Below, in pieces: positions 17,915 through 30,988 of a stretch of 64,000 nt of DNA. The notes below the pieces were generated by a model, which was not told where the DNA came from, searched no databases, and was given only the letters and a program-made list of their open reading frames with translations. The DNA comes from an uncultured Chloroflexia bacterium. GTDB lineage: Bacteria > Chloroflexota > Limnocylindria > Limnocylindrales > CSP1-4. The stretch is taken from assembly GCA_963713975.1 (NCBI GenBank), contig OY970218.1, positions 704,001 to 768,000 of the forward strand, read 5' to 3'. The stretch's first letter is position 1. Each line of letters starts with the position of its first letter. A program made the position numbers and the translations under genes.

Positions 17915-19507
17915 TCACGCGGCCGCTTCGGGCTCCGGCTGGAAGACCTCCCGGCGCCGCGTGAAGAACTCGGGCGACCTCACCCGCCAGAGCACCAGGA
18001 GCACCACGCCGAGGATCATGAAGCCGATGGATAGCGCCAGGGGGACGCCAATGCCGAACAAGCTGGCACAGGTCGCGACGTCCTCGGAATCGGTGCAAGT
18101 GTAGGAGCTCAGCGGGTTTGCAAGATCGACTACCGACTGCACGAACGCCCATGTGAGGATCAGGGCGCCGACGATCGGCAGGACGCCCATCCCGACGAAG
18201 TCCTTGATGCTCCGGAACATCACTTTCCGGTAGTAGATTGCGGAGGCGTAGCCGGTGATGCCGTAATAGAAGGCGATCATCAGTCCGAGCGCCGTCAAGG
18301 CGTCGTAGTAGACGTTCTCGGACGTGAGCTTGAGGGCGACGTACCAGACGACGGCCAGGATGCCCGTCCAGATCGTTGCGTTCGCGGGCGTCTGGAAGCG
18401 CGGGTGGACCTGGGACCAGAACTTGGGCAGTGCCCCCTTCGCGCCCATCGACAGGGCGGTGCGCGCCGTCGGGAGGATCGTCGTCTGCGTGGACGCCGCG
18501 GCCGACGTCAGCACGGCGATGATCAGCAGCTTGTCGAGCGGCGAGCCGAGGACCTCGGCGGCCAGGCTCGCGAGGATGTCGCTCTCGCCCTGCTCGGCGA
18601 GGTACTCCGCCCCGTGGAGCGCCTGTGCGGCGATCGTCACGAGGAGGTACGTGCCGACGAGGATGAGCACCGAGATGATCGTCGCCCGGCCCGGCTGCTC
18701 GGTCGGGTTGCCGCTCTCCTCGTTGACCGACGCCGTCGTGTCCCAGCCCCAGTAGATGAACAGCGTGATGAGCAGGCCGGCGGCGAAGGCGCTGGTATCC
18801 CACGTCCCGTCCTCGGTCACGATCGAGAAGGGGTTGAGCCAGTCGAGCGCCGGCATCACCGACCCCTCCAGGCCGCCGACCACCTTGACGAGCGCGACCA
18901 CGGAGAAGATGCCCAGCGTCACCAGCTCGATCGTGAGCAGGACCGTCTGCGTTTGCGCCGAGAGCTCGATGCCGCGCCAGCAGATCCAGGTCATCGCCGC
19001 GACGAACAGGACACCCAGGCCGATCACGCCGGCGTCGAAGATCACATCACCCACGGCGATCGGGATGACGGGGTCTTCGAACACGTTCATCCCGAACAGG
19101 CTGAAGGTGTACTGGGCGGCGACCTCGGCCAGGCTCGCGATGACGACGATCTGGGCGATGATCATCACCCAGCCCGTGATCCATCCCGTGTACGGGCCGA
19201 TGGCCGTGGTGATCCAGGTGAAGCTCGTACCGCAGTCGGGATCGGCGCGGTTGAGGTAGTAGTAGGCCATCGCAATGCAGAACATCGGGATGAACGCCAC
19301 CCACATGATCGCGGGCGAGGCGAGCCCGACGGCCGCCGTCACCAGGCCCAGCGAGACCGCCAGGCTGTAGGCCGGCGCGGTGGACGCGACGCCGATGACC
19401 ACGTTGTGGGCCATGCCCAGGGCGCCCGTCTTCAGGCCCTTGGTCCCCGGCGCCCCCTCACCGGTCAGCTCCCCGGTCACGACCGGAGCGGGTACCACGC
19501 GTGCCAT
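17915..19507 (-). CDS. APC-family amino acid/polyamine permease
   Basis: GVASTAPAYS in TM1, YWGWD..ASVNEE, ~12 TM segments. SD AGGAGG before ATG 19507. Confidence 0.88.
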   Translation of the reverse strand: MARVVPAPVVTGELTGEGAPGTKGLKTGALGMAHNVVIGVASTAPAYSLAVSLGLVTAAVGLASPAIMWVAFIPMFCIAMAYYYLNRADPDCGTSFTWITTAIGPYTGWITGWVMIIAQIVVIASLAEVAAQYTFSLFGMNVFEDPVIPIAVGDVIFDAGVIGLGVLFVAAMTWICWRGIELSAQTQTVLLTIELVTLGIFSVVALVKVVGGLEGSVMPALDWLNPFSIVTEDGTWDTSAFAAGLLITLFIYWGWDTTASVNEESGNPTEQPGRATIISVLILVGTYLLVTIAAQALHGAEYLAEQGESDILASLAAEVLGSPLDKLLIIAVLTSAAASTQTTILPTARTALSMGAKGALPKFWSQVHPRFQTPANATIWTGILAVVWYVALKLTSENVYYDALTALGLMIAFYYGITGYASAIYYRKVMFRSIKDFVGMGVLPIVGALILTWAFVQSVVDLANPLSSYTCTDSEDVATCASLFGIGVPLALSIGFMILGVVLLVLWRVRSPEFFTRRREVFQPEPEAAA

Positions 19508-19673
19508 GCCAGTCCCTCCTGCGACACGGGACGTGCGAGCGATCGAACATCTCGCGTGTGATCGGCGCAAGGGCCGGGGGGCATGGGAGATCTACCGTCG
19601 CGGCCCATGGAACGGCCGCCGGGCCAGGGTGGCCGGCGGCCGATGAGCGGCGGGCAACGAGGAGGGGCGAACC

Positions 19674-20273
19674 CTACGGCGCGTAGAAGTCCGTCACGAG
19701 CCGGACGTGGCCGTTGGCCTTCCAGACGCCGATCCCAACCGCCTTGTAGGCGGGGTTCTTGATGTTCTTCCAGTGGCCGCCGCCGCTGGCCTTCTCGCGC
19801 TGGAACGCCCGATGCGAGGCAAGCACGGACTTGTAGGCGCTCTTCATGTCGTAGCAGCCGATGTTCTCGCCCCAGCGGTACCCCTTGTACCCGGCGGTGC
19901 GGAGCCGGGCGCTGGGATCGCCGTGGCGGCAGTCCCCGCTGGTGGCGATCTGCGTCGCCCAGCCGCGAGCCACGTTGGACAGGCCCACGCGGAGCTTCAG
20001 GGGTGCGCGGTACTTGGAGTACCTGCCCGTGCCGTACCCCTTGCACGACCCGTCCTTCAGCACCCAGCCGCCCGTGCGGGTGCAGTTGAGGAGCCGCAGG
20101 TAGTACGCCTCCACCTTCGACCAGGTCGGCGTCGCTGCGGCGGCATCGGACGGCGCGGCGGCGGCGGCACCGAACGTGAGCAGGGACGCGAACAAGCTCG
20201 CGGTGACGACGGCAGAGAGCCGGGAGCGGAAGGACGCCCGCTGGGCGCCGTGGCGAACGAAGCGCAAGACCAT
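19674..20273 (-). CDS. Secreted CAP/SCP-domain protein
   Basis: Signal peptide, [26 protein letters not shown]. Confidence 0.75.
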   Translation of the reverse strand: MVLRFVRHGAQRASFRSRLSAVVTASLFASLLTFGAAAAAPSDAAAATPTWSKVEAYYLRLLNCTRTGGWVLKDGSCKGYGTGRYSKYRAPLKLRVGLSNVARGWATQIATSGDCRHGDPSARLRTAGYKGYRWGENIGCYDMKSAYKSVLASHRAFQREKASGGGHWKNIKNPAYKAVGIGVWKANGHVRLVTDFYAP

Positions 20274-20476
20274 GTCCTCACTACCGGACGGCGAGGGGAC
20301 GACCCGCGCCGACGTGCAACAGGCTCGGCCGCCGGTCAGATGGCGGCGCGGGCGGTTGGGTGGCCCAAGGCTACCGGGGACAGCCGGATCCTGCCCTGGC
20401 CCGAACGGACCAACCGAGCCCTGCCAGATGGGTGGTCGACCCGTCATTGACATCGCCGGGGTACATTCGGTCCACG

Positions 20477-24217
<3,741 letters not shown>

Positions 24218-24328
24218 GCACCATGACTCGCCGCACCGGGCTCCACCGGAGGCTGCTGCGGTACAGTGGACGGCAGGGCACCCCGGAGGCAAGACACCCG
24301 CCCCGCGACCCCTGATCGGAGCTCCTCC

Positions 24329-25405
24329 ATGACGACGACGCGCGCGCTCAGTGACCTCGGCCAGAGCCTGTGGCCGGACAACATCACCCGGACGCTCCTG
24401 TCCACCGGCACGCTCCAGCGCTATATCGATGAGTTGGACGTCACCGGGCTGACGTCCAACCCGACGATCTACGACCGGGCGATCGGCGGCACGGACGCGT
24501 ACGACGCACAGATCGCCGAGGCAGCGGCCGCCGGGGCCTCCGGCGAGGAGACCTTCTTCGAGCTTGCGCTGGACGACCTCCGTCGCGCGGCCGACCTGTT
24601 CCGCCCGATCTACGACATGACCGATGGCGTGGACGGGTTCGTGTCGCTGGAGGTCTCGCCGCTCCTCGCCTACGACGCCACCGCCACCGCCCGCGAGGCC
24701 GTCCGGCTTGCCGCCAAGGGCGACCGGCCGAACCTGCTGATCAAGATCCCGGGCACCGCCGAGGGCCTGCCGGCGGTCGAAGAGGCCATCTTCGCCGGCG
24801 TGCCGGTCAACGTGACGCTGCTCTTCTCGCCGGCCCAGTACATCGCCTGCGCGGAGGCGTACACGCGGGGCATCGAGCGACGCGTCGAGGCCGGGTTGTC
24901 GGCCTACGTCCCCTCCGTCGCCTCGTTGTTCATCAGTCGCTGGGATCCGTTCACCGCCAAGGACCTCCCCGCGGACCTGCAGCTCCAGCTCGGCCTTGCC
25001 ATCGGCCGCCAGTCCTACCTGGACTACCGCGCCTACTTCGCGAGCGAGCGGTGGCAGCGCCTGCTAGCGGCCGGTGCCCGACCCCAGCGCCTGCTGTTCG
25101 CCAGCACGGGCAGCAAGGACCCCACCGCGCCGGCCACCCTGTACATCACGGGCCTGGCCGCCCCGGACACCGTGAACACGATGCCGGAGGAGACGCTCCT
25201 CGCGACGGCCGCATCGGACGTGGCCGTCGAGGCCCTCCCAGCCGACGGGGCGACGGCCGGGGACCAGCTCGTCCGGTTCACGGCGGCGGGCATTGACGTG
25301 GATGCCGCGGCGGCGGAGCTCCAGCGCAAGGGCGCCGAGTCCTTCGTTGGCTCCTGGACCTCGCTGCTGGACCGGATCGCGGGCAAGGCGACCCCGACGG
25401 CTTAG
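24329..25405 (+). CDS. tal: Transaldolase
   Basis: GLTSNPTI, VSLEVSP, IKIPGT (Schiff-base Lys), VNVTLLFS and FASTG.K. Confidence 0.93.
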   Translation: MTTTRALSDLGQSLWPDNITRTLLSTGTLQRYIDELDVTGLTSNPTIYDRAIGGTDAYDAQIAEAAAAGASGEETFFELALDDLRRAADLFRPIYDMTDGVDGFVSLEVSPLLAYDATATAREAVRLAAKGDRPNLLIKIPGTAEGLPAVEEAIFAGVPVNVTLLFSPAQYIACAEAYTRGIERRVEAGLSAYVPSVASLFISRWDPFTAKDLPADLQLQLGLAIGRQSYLDYRAYFASERWQRLLAAGARPQRLLFASTGSKDPTAPATLYITGLAAPDTVNTMPEETLLATAASDVAVEALPADGATAGDQLVRFTAAGIDVDAAAAELQRKGAESFVGSWTSLLDRIAGKATPTA

Positions 25406-25449
25406 GGGACCGGTGCCGCGCGCGGCCGATCGCGGCCGAGCCGCCCGGC

Positions 25450-26079
25450 CTACGCGTGCCCGACCAGCGGGAGCGACTCGGGCGGGAACCGTGCGGCGGT
25501 GTCACCGAGCTGGAGACAGCGGAACGTCGCCTGGGCGGCATCCTCGAGGTTGAGGGCCCTGCGATACGCCATCTCGACGGTGTCGCCCAGCGTCGAGGTT
25601 CCGTGGTAGGCCATCACGATGGCGTTGACGTCCCGTGATGCCTCCGCGACGGCATCGGCAAGCTCGTCCGACGCGTTGGGGTGGAACGGAACCCGGCCCA
25701 CCCGGCCCAGGTAGTAGACGTGGTCCTGGACGATCAGGCGGATCTCGTGGCCGCAGGCGTCGAGGATGACCGCCGCCTGAGGGTGGAGGTGGACGATGGC
25801 GTTGACATCGGGCCGGACCCGGTAGGTGCGGGCGTGGAGCCTCCACTCGCTCGAGGGTGTCGGGCTGCCGCCGACCACGTTCCCGTCGAGATCCAGGATG
25901 GAGAAGTCCTCCGGGGCCAGTCGCTGGAACCACGTCCCGGACCCGGTGATCGCGAACGTGTCCCCGCCCGGGACCCGGGCGGAGAGGTTGCCGGCGGAGG
26001 CGAGGACCAGGCCGCGGGTGGCGGCGTCGCGACCGGCCTCGATGAGCTCGGCGATCAGCCGTTCGGTGGGATCAGCCAT
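25450..26079 (-). CDS. Class II aldolase/adducin family protein
   Basis: SAGNLSAR, PSSEWRLH, VHLHP and YHG (Zn-binding His residues). Confidence 0.88.
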   Translation of the reverse strand: MADPTERLIAELIEAGRDAATRGLVLASAGNLSARVPGGDTFAITGSGTWFQRLAPEDFSILDLDGNVVGGSPTPSSEWRLHARTYRVRPDVNAIVHLHPQAAVILDACGHEIRLIVQDHVYYLGRVGRVPFHPNASDELADAVAEASRDVNAIVMAYHGTSTLGDTVEMAYRRALNLEDAAQATFRCLQLGDTAARFPPESLPLVGHA

Positions 26080-26221
26080 CCTGGCGGTGCTCCTCCGGGA
26101 TCGCATCCGCGGAGCGCGCCGGGCGCATGGTGCGCCACCCGTGAGCGCCGCTCCGGCGTCCGCCGGGCCAGTCTACGCCTCGAGGCGTGCCGGTTCGCGT
26201 TCCGCTCCCGGGACCCGGGGT

Positions 26222-26249
26222 TTGCGTTCCTGCAGGAATTGCGTATGCT
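26222..26249 (+). promoter_or_regulatory. Putative sigma70-type promoter with a palindromic site in the spacer
   Basis: TTGCGT (26222-27), 16 nt, TATGCT (26244-49). Perfect palindrome TTCCTGCAGGAA at 26227-26238. Confidence 0.5.
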
Positions 26250-26370
26250 CCGGCGACGCCCCATCGTCGGGCGCCAACAGCCCAGCGCGGCCGACTCGAT
26301 CCACAACCTCCCGGTTTCCGCCGAGGCCCGATCGCGGACACCGTCGCCACCACAGGAGTGGATCGATTCC

Positions 26371-26712
26371 ATGAACGTCGACAAGACGCTCGCATGCGCC
26401 GACTGCAACCAGTCGTTCACCTTCACTGCCAGCGAGCAGGATTTCTACGCCGAGCGCGGGTTCACCGAGCCCCGCCGCTGCCCCACCTGCCGTGCCAACC
26501 GCAAGGCGGCCCGGGGTGACTCCGGCGGCGGCGGCTACAGCTCCGGCGGCGGCTACAGCTCCGGCGGCGGCGGCTACGGGGCCCCTCGCGGCCCGCGCGA
26601 GATGTTCGCGGCCACCTGCTCCGCGTGCGGCCAGGAGACCGAGGTCCCCTTCCGCCCCACCTCCGGCAAGCCCGTCTACTGCAGCGCCTGCTTCGCACAG
26701 CGCCGGGCCTGA
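26371..26712 (+). CDS. Zinc-ribbon / CxxC-x17-CxxC domain protein with Gly-rich linker
   Basis: DKTLACADC..F.FTASEQDFY..RGF.EPRRCPTCR, GGGYSS repeats, and C-terminal CSACG...VPF.P..GKPVYCSAC. Confidence 0.9.
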   Translation: MNVDKTLACADCNQSFTFTASEQDFYAERGFTEPRRCPTCRANRKAARGDSGGGGYSSGGGYSSGGGGYGAPRGPREMFAATCSACGQETEVPFRPTSGKPVYCSACFAQRRA

Positions 26713-26715
26713 TCA

Positions 26716-26925
26716 GTGACGGACGTCCGGCGACCTGGGAACGGGCTCCCTTCGCGGCGCCCGGCCCCCGAGCCAGACGCGCGCAAGCACGTCATCGCCG
26801 AGTATCGCCACGCCGCCCTTCGGGTGACCTGCGTGTGCGGCTGGGTAGGCAGCTCGGAATCGCCGGATGGCCGGACTTCTGACTGGAGCCGTCACGTGAC
26901 GGCAGGGCGGACCGGGCAGGCCTGA
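26716..26925 (+). CDS. Small hypothetical protein with H..CxCGW..H motif
   Basis: Starts 3 nt after the previous stop and precedes a terminator hairpin. HVI...VTCVCGW...WSRH is a possible Zn site. Confidence 0.5.
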   Translation: MTDVRRPGNGLPSRRPAPEPDARKHVIAEYRHAALRVTCVCGWVGSSESPDGRTSDWSRHVTAGRTGQA

Positions 26926-26965
26926 CCGCCCGCGGGCTCGTGCCCGCACCACACACCGACAGCGG

Positions 26966-27000
26966 CAGAACGGCCGCCGGCCCCGCCGGCGGCCGTTCTG
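26966..27000. terminator. Hairpin between convergent genes (probable bidirectional terminator)
   Basis: Perfect 16-bp stem CAGAACGGCCGCCGGC / GCCGGCGGCCGTTCTG with a 3-nt loop. Confidence 0.75.
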
Positions 27001-27007
27001 ATTCCGG

Positions 27008-28384
27008 TCAGCTGCCCTTGAGCAGCTCGACGGCCCTGAGCACCTGGGCGTCCGGGCTTGCGGCGAGCTCGGCGACCGTCATCTCGCGCAGCGCATCGGG
27101 AACGAGGGGCTGGATCTCCGGCGGCAACACCACCGTGACATCCGGGACGAGACCCTCGTGCCAGATCGGGCGGCCGCCGCGGGTGAGCCAGCGCTCCGTG
27201 CCGATCCGCAGGGACGAGCCGTCCGCGAGATCGAACCGCCCGAGGACCGTCCCGGTCCCGAACGTCTTCTCGCCCACCACGGTGCCCCGCTTCGCGTCCT
27301 GGATGGCCCCGGTCACGATCTCGGCCGAGCTGGCCGTGCTCCCGTCGGTCAGGACCACGATAGGCAGGTCAGTGGCGAAGCCGCCAGGCTCCACGTCCGC
27401 GGACTTCTCCTCACCGCTGCGCTCGAACGCCTGGTAGACGATCCCGTCGCCGACGAACTGGCTTGCGACGCCAACTGCCTCGCTCACGTAGCCCCCGGGG
27501 TTGAAGCGAAGGTCCAGGATGATGCTCGTGGCCCCCTCCTCCTTGGCGGCCGAGATGGCGTCCTTGATCGCCGGTGTTGCACCGGTGGAGAACTGCTCCA
27601 GGCGGATCATTGCCGTGTCCGTGCCGGGAACCATTGCCCAGCTGACCAGCGGCAGGTCGAACTGGCGCCGGGTGATGGTGACGTCGAAGTCGGCGGCGCC
27701 GCTGCGTCCGATGGTGAGCGTGACCGGCTCTCCCTCCGGACCACGGACCCGGGTCACGGCCTGGTCCACGGTCTCGCCCTTGGTCGTCGTGCCGTCGACG
27801 GCGAGGATCTGGTCGCCTCGGCGAAGCCCCGCCTCCTCGGCCGGGGTTCCGGGGATCACGGCGTTGACAATGACGCTGCCCGCGTCGTCCTCGCTGACCT
27901 GGACGCCGATGCCGACGAACGATCCCGAGAGCGACTGGTCGGTGGCCTTCGCCTCGGCAGCCGTCATGAAGGTCGTGTGGCCCTCGTCGCCTACCGCGTC
28001 CGCCAGGGCTCCGATCGCGGCGTACGCGAGCGCCTGGTCGTCGAGGCTCTTGGGATCGACGTAGTTGTCGTGGATCGTGCGCCACGCCTCCGTGATGAGG
28101 TCGAGCTCCGCGTTCGGCCCGGACACGGCCGGGGAGGCGGTGGCGGCGACCGTCAGCCCTGGCTCCCCCAGGACGCCGCTGCGGTCGACGAACACGCCCG
28201 CCACAAACATGGCGACGGCGAGGATGGGCACGAGCACTACGACGAGGAGGTCGCTGATCCGCCTCGGCCGGCTGGCCGGCGGGGCGGGCGGCGGCTGGGC
28301 GGGTGGCGACAGGGTGGGCGGGGCGGCCACGACCGGGGCGGGGCCCGGTTCGGGGAAGGAGGGGTTGGGCATCTGGTCCGTCAT
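27008..28384 (-). CDS. S41 family C-terminal processing peptidase with PDZ domain
   Basis: N-terminal TM, GIGV..PAEEAGL..GDQI (PDZ), ILDLRFNPGG and TASSAE. Confidence 0.9.
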   Translation of the reverse strand: MTDQMPNPSFPEPGPAPVVAAPPTLSPPAQPPPAPPASRPRRISDLLVVVLVPILAVAMFVAGVFVDRSGVLGEPGLTVAATASPAVSGPNAELDLITEAWRTIHDNYVDPKSLDDQALAYAAIGALADAVGDEGHTTFMTAAEAKATDQSLSGSFVGIGVQVSEDDAGSVIVNAVIPGTPAEEAGLRRGDQILAVDGTTTKGETVDQAVTRVRGPEGEPVTLTIGRSGAADFDVTITRRQFDLPLVSWAMVPGTDTAMIRLEQFSTGATPAIKDAISAAKEEGATSIILDLRFNPGGYVSEAVGVASQFVGDGIVYQAFERSGEEKSADVEPGGFATDLPIVVLTDGSTASSAEIVTGAIQDAKRGTVVGEKTFGTGTVLGRFDLADGSSLRIGTERWLTRGGRPIWHEGLVPDVTVVLPPEIQPLVPDALREMTVAELAASPDAQVLRAVELLKGS

Positions 28385-28517
28385 TCGTCTCGAGGGTGTG
28401 GGCGGGCGCCGAGGCATGGTCGGCGGTGCCAAGCATGACGCGTCCGGCTTCAGCACGGGTAGACACCCGGTGAAGTTGCCTTATGCATCTGCCCGGGACG
28501 CGGGCGGGGCGGGAGCC

Positions 28518-29219
28518 CTACTGGCCCTCGCGCATCATCCTCCGGGCAGCCCGTGTGGCCCGCACGAAGTGGCGCAGATGGGCCACGGGCTTCACGTGGC
28601 TGGGCTCCCCCGCATAGATCGTGGAGATCGGCACCCACGCGAGCGTCCACCCGCTGCGCAGGCAGACGGCGATCATCTCGACCTCGAACTCGAACCCGGT
28701 CTCGGCGCTGTCGAGCGTGGCGGCCATCAGCCGGCGACCGAGCAGGCGGTAGCCCGACTGGTTGTCCGGGATGTCCTGGCCGACCGCCCACGAGAAGGCG
28801 GCGGTCCCGATCGTGTTCGCCAGGCGTCGCACGGCCGGCATCCGGGTGAAGTCACGACGGCCGATGACCAGCTCGGGGCTTGGACCCGAGGCGCCCTCGG
28901 ACGCGAACGCACCGACGAACCGCGGGATCTCATCAGGTTCGTGCTGGCCGTCCGCATCGAGCGTGAGGACGGCGTCCCAGCCCTCGTCAAGCGCCACGCG
29001 GAACCCGGCACGAAGCGCGGCGCCCTTGCCCTGGTTGGGGACCTGACGGATGACCCTGGCGCCCGCCGCCTCCGCCTGGGCAGCCGTGTCGTCCCCGGAG
29101 CCGTCATCCACCACGAGCACGGGCAGGCGATGCGCGGCCGCGCGGACCACCGCCCCGATGCGGGGACCCTCCTCGTAGCCGGGGATCAGCGCGAGGATCC
29201 GTGCGCCCGGCACCGCCAT
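28518..29219 (-). CDS. GT2 glycosyltransferase (DPM1-like)
   Basis: VVDDGSGD, NQGKGAAL, LDADGQH and DNQSGYR motifs. Confidence 0.92.
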   Translation of the reverse strand: MAVPGARILALIPGYEEGPRIGAVVRAAAHRLPVLVVDDGSGDDTAAQAEAAGARVIRQVPNQGKGAALRAGFRVALDEGWDAVLTLDADGQHEPDEIPRFVGAFASEGASGPSPELVIGRRDFTRMPAVRRLANTIGTAAFSWAVGQDIPDNQSGYRLLGRRLMAATLDSAETGFEFEVEMIAVCLRSGWTLAWVPISTIYAGEPSHVKPVAHLRHFVRATRAARRMMREGQ

Positions 29220-29962
29220 CAGGAGGTTCCGAACTCGAACGTCTGGATGATGGGCAGCGCCATGTTGATCAGGTCCGAGATCTGGTCACCGTCGAAGGCA
29301 TCGAGGTCCACCACGACCGTGCCGCCGCCGGGCACGTCCAGCAGGTACATGCGCAGACGCTCGTTGCCCACCACGACCCAGTGATCGATCTGCGGGCTGT
29401 TGAACAGCGGAACGGACGGCACGCCGTTCGCGAACGGACAGGATTGCGCCCATTCGGCCTGCAGCCCCGTGTCGATGGACACGCCCGGCAGGCCGCCGAC
29501 CGTGGCCATCGCGGGCGTGCTGCTGACGAGGCCGGGCAGGGAGCGGATCCACGCGGCCAGCTCGGACGAGGTCCTGCCCACGCCGGGCTCCGGGGCGGCC
29601 GCGCACGTCGCATCCTGGGAGGCCGCCGAAGGATCCCGGAAGAGGTGGATCCCGATCACGTCGGAGTTGGCCGGCCGCAGGTTGAGGTACAGAGCGCTGT
29701 CCTGCGCCAGCACCCAGCCGTCCGGAACCGTGAACGTCAGTGAGGGCTGGAAGTTGCTGGTCGTGTAGGTCCCGGCGGGCATCGCGGTGGGCCCGGGTTG
29801 CGCCGTGGCCTGGGCCTCGTCGGGCGGCCCCGACGCGCCGCAGGCAGCGACGGTGATGGCGATGGCGAGCGAAGCGAGGCCGCGAATCAAGCTGGCAGTC
29901 CTCCGGGGAGACGCGCGAGGTGGCTTCCTATTGTCGCCGGTCCGCCGCTCCGGCGATGGCAT
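29219..29962 (-). CDS. Hypothetical lipoprotein
   Basis: Basic N-terminus, hydrophobic stretch and lipobox VAAC. Its stop overlaps the GT2 start. Confidence 0.7.
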   Translation of the reverse strand: MPSPERRTGDNRKPPRASPRRTASLIRGLASLAIAITVAACGASGPPDEAQATAQPGPTAMPAGTYTTSNFQPSLTFTVPDGWVLAQDSALYLNLRPANSDVIGIHLFRDPSAASQDATCAAAPEPGVGRTSSELAAWIRSLPGLVSSTPAMATVGGLPGVSIDTGLQAEWAQSCPFANGVPSVPLFNSPQIDHWVVVGNERLRMYLLDVPGGGTVVVDLDAFDGDQISDLINMALPIIQTFEFGTS

Positions 29963-30875
29963 CGCCGATCGCCCCGACCTGCGATGGGCTCACCCGGCAG
30001 CAGCCGCCGATCAGGGATGCCCCGGCATGACGCCATCGGGCCGCCGTGGATCCGTCGACCCTGCCGTCCCCGCTCCCCGTCCACCGGCGCGCGACCGCGT
30101 CCCAGCCCTCACCGCTGTTGGGATAGGCAAGGATCGGGAGCGCGGTCACCGACCGGATGCGGGCGATCAGCTCATCCAGGTGCTCCGGGGCCGTGCAGTT
30201 GACGCCGACGGCGACGACGCCCGGTGCGTCGGACACGACCTGCACGGCCTCCTCGACCGGAGCGCCGCTGCGCAGGTGGCCGCCATCCGCACAGGTGAAG
30301 CTGATCCAGGCCGCCACGCCCGGACGATCGCCGAGGAGCGAGACGATCGCCTCGGCCTCCTCCAGCTCGGGGATCGTCTCGACCGCCAGCACGTCCGCGT
30401 CGCAGTCGGCCAGCACTTCCAGCCGCTCCCGGTGGAAGTCGCGCAGCTCGGCGACGGAGCGCCCATACCGGCCGCGGTACTCGGATCCGTCGGCCAGCAT
30501 CGCCCCGTATGGCCCGACCGACGCAGCCACGAATAGCTGGCCCTCGATGCCCTCGTCGAGGGCCAGCTGCCGGGCCCGGTCTGCCAGCGCAACCGACTGG
30601 CGCAGCAGGCCCTCGGCGGCATCGTGGTCGATCCCGCGCGCGGCAAACCCTTCGAACGTCGCCTGGTAGCTCGCCGTGGTCGCGACCCGGGCCCCGGCCC
30701 GGAAGAAGGCGAGATGCGCGGCCACGATCTCGGCCGGTGCCGCGACCAGCAGGCGGGCCGACCAGAGCCGGTCCGAGAGATCGGCACCCTGCGCCTCGAG
30801 CTGGGTGGCAAGCCCGCCGTCGAGGAGAATGGCGTCTCCATGCCGGAGGGCATCGCGGAAGTGGTGGGAGTCCAT
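29928..30875 (-). CDS. mmuM: Homocysteine S-methyltransferase
   Basis: LDGGLAT, TASYQA, SVGPYGAMLADGSEY, GVNC, YPNSGE and IGGCCR. Confidence 0.92.
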   Translation of the reverse strand: MDSHHFRDALRHGDAILLDGGLATQLEAQGADLSDRLWSARLLVAAPAEIVAAHLAFFRAGARVATTASYQATFEGFAARGIDHDAAEGLLRQSVALADRARQLALDEGIEGQLFVAASVGPYGAMLADGSEYRGRYGRSVAELRDFHRERLEVLADCDADVLAVETIPELEEAEAIVSLLGDRPGVAAWISFTCADGGHLRSGAPVEEAVQVVSDAPGVVAVGVNCTAPEHLDELIARIRSVTALPILAYPNSGEGWDAVARRWTGSGDGRVDGSTAARWRHAGASLIGGCCRVSPSQVGAIGDAIAGAADRRQ

Positions 30876-30988
30876 GCAGCGGATGGTGCCACGACGGCCC
30901 GGACCCGGCGAGCCGGAGCCCGGCGGGCCCGATACCCTCACGAGGTCCGGATACTCTCAGGACGTCACGGAACGGAGCGGAGGATCAC

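Noticed and set aside
19540-19564. Possible LexA (CGAAC-N4-GTTCG) box
   Set aside because: Only the left half-site is present.
20274-20476. SAM or cobalamin riboswitch upstream of metH
   Set aside because: No recognisable conserved elements, and a -10-like hexamer lies only 9 nt before the start.
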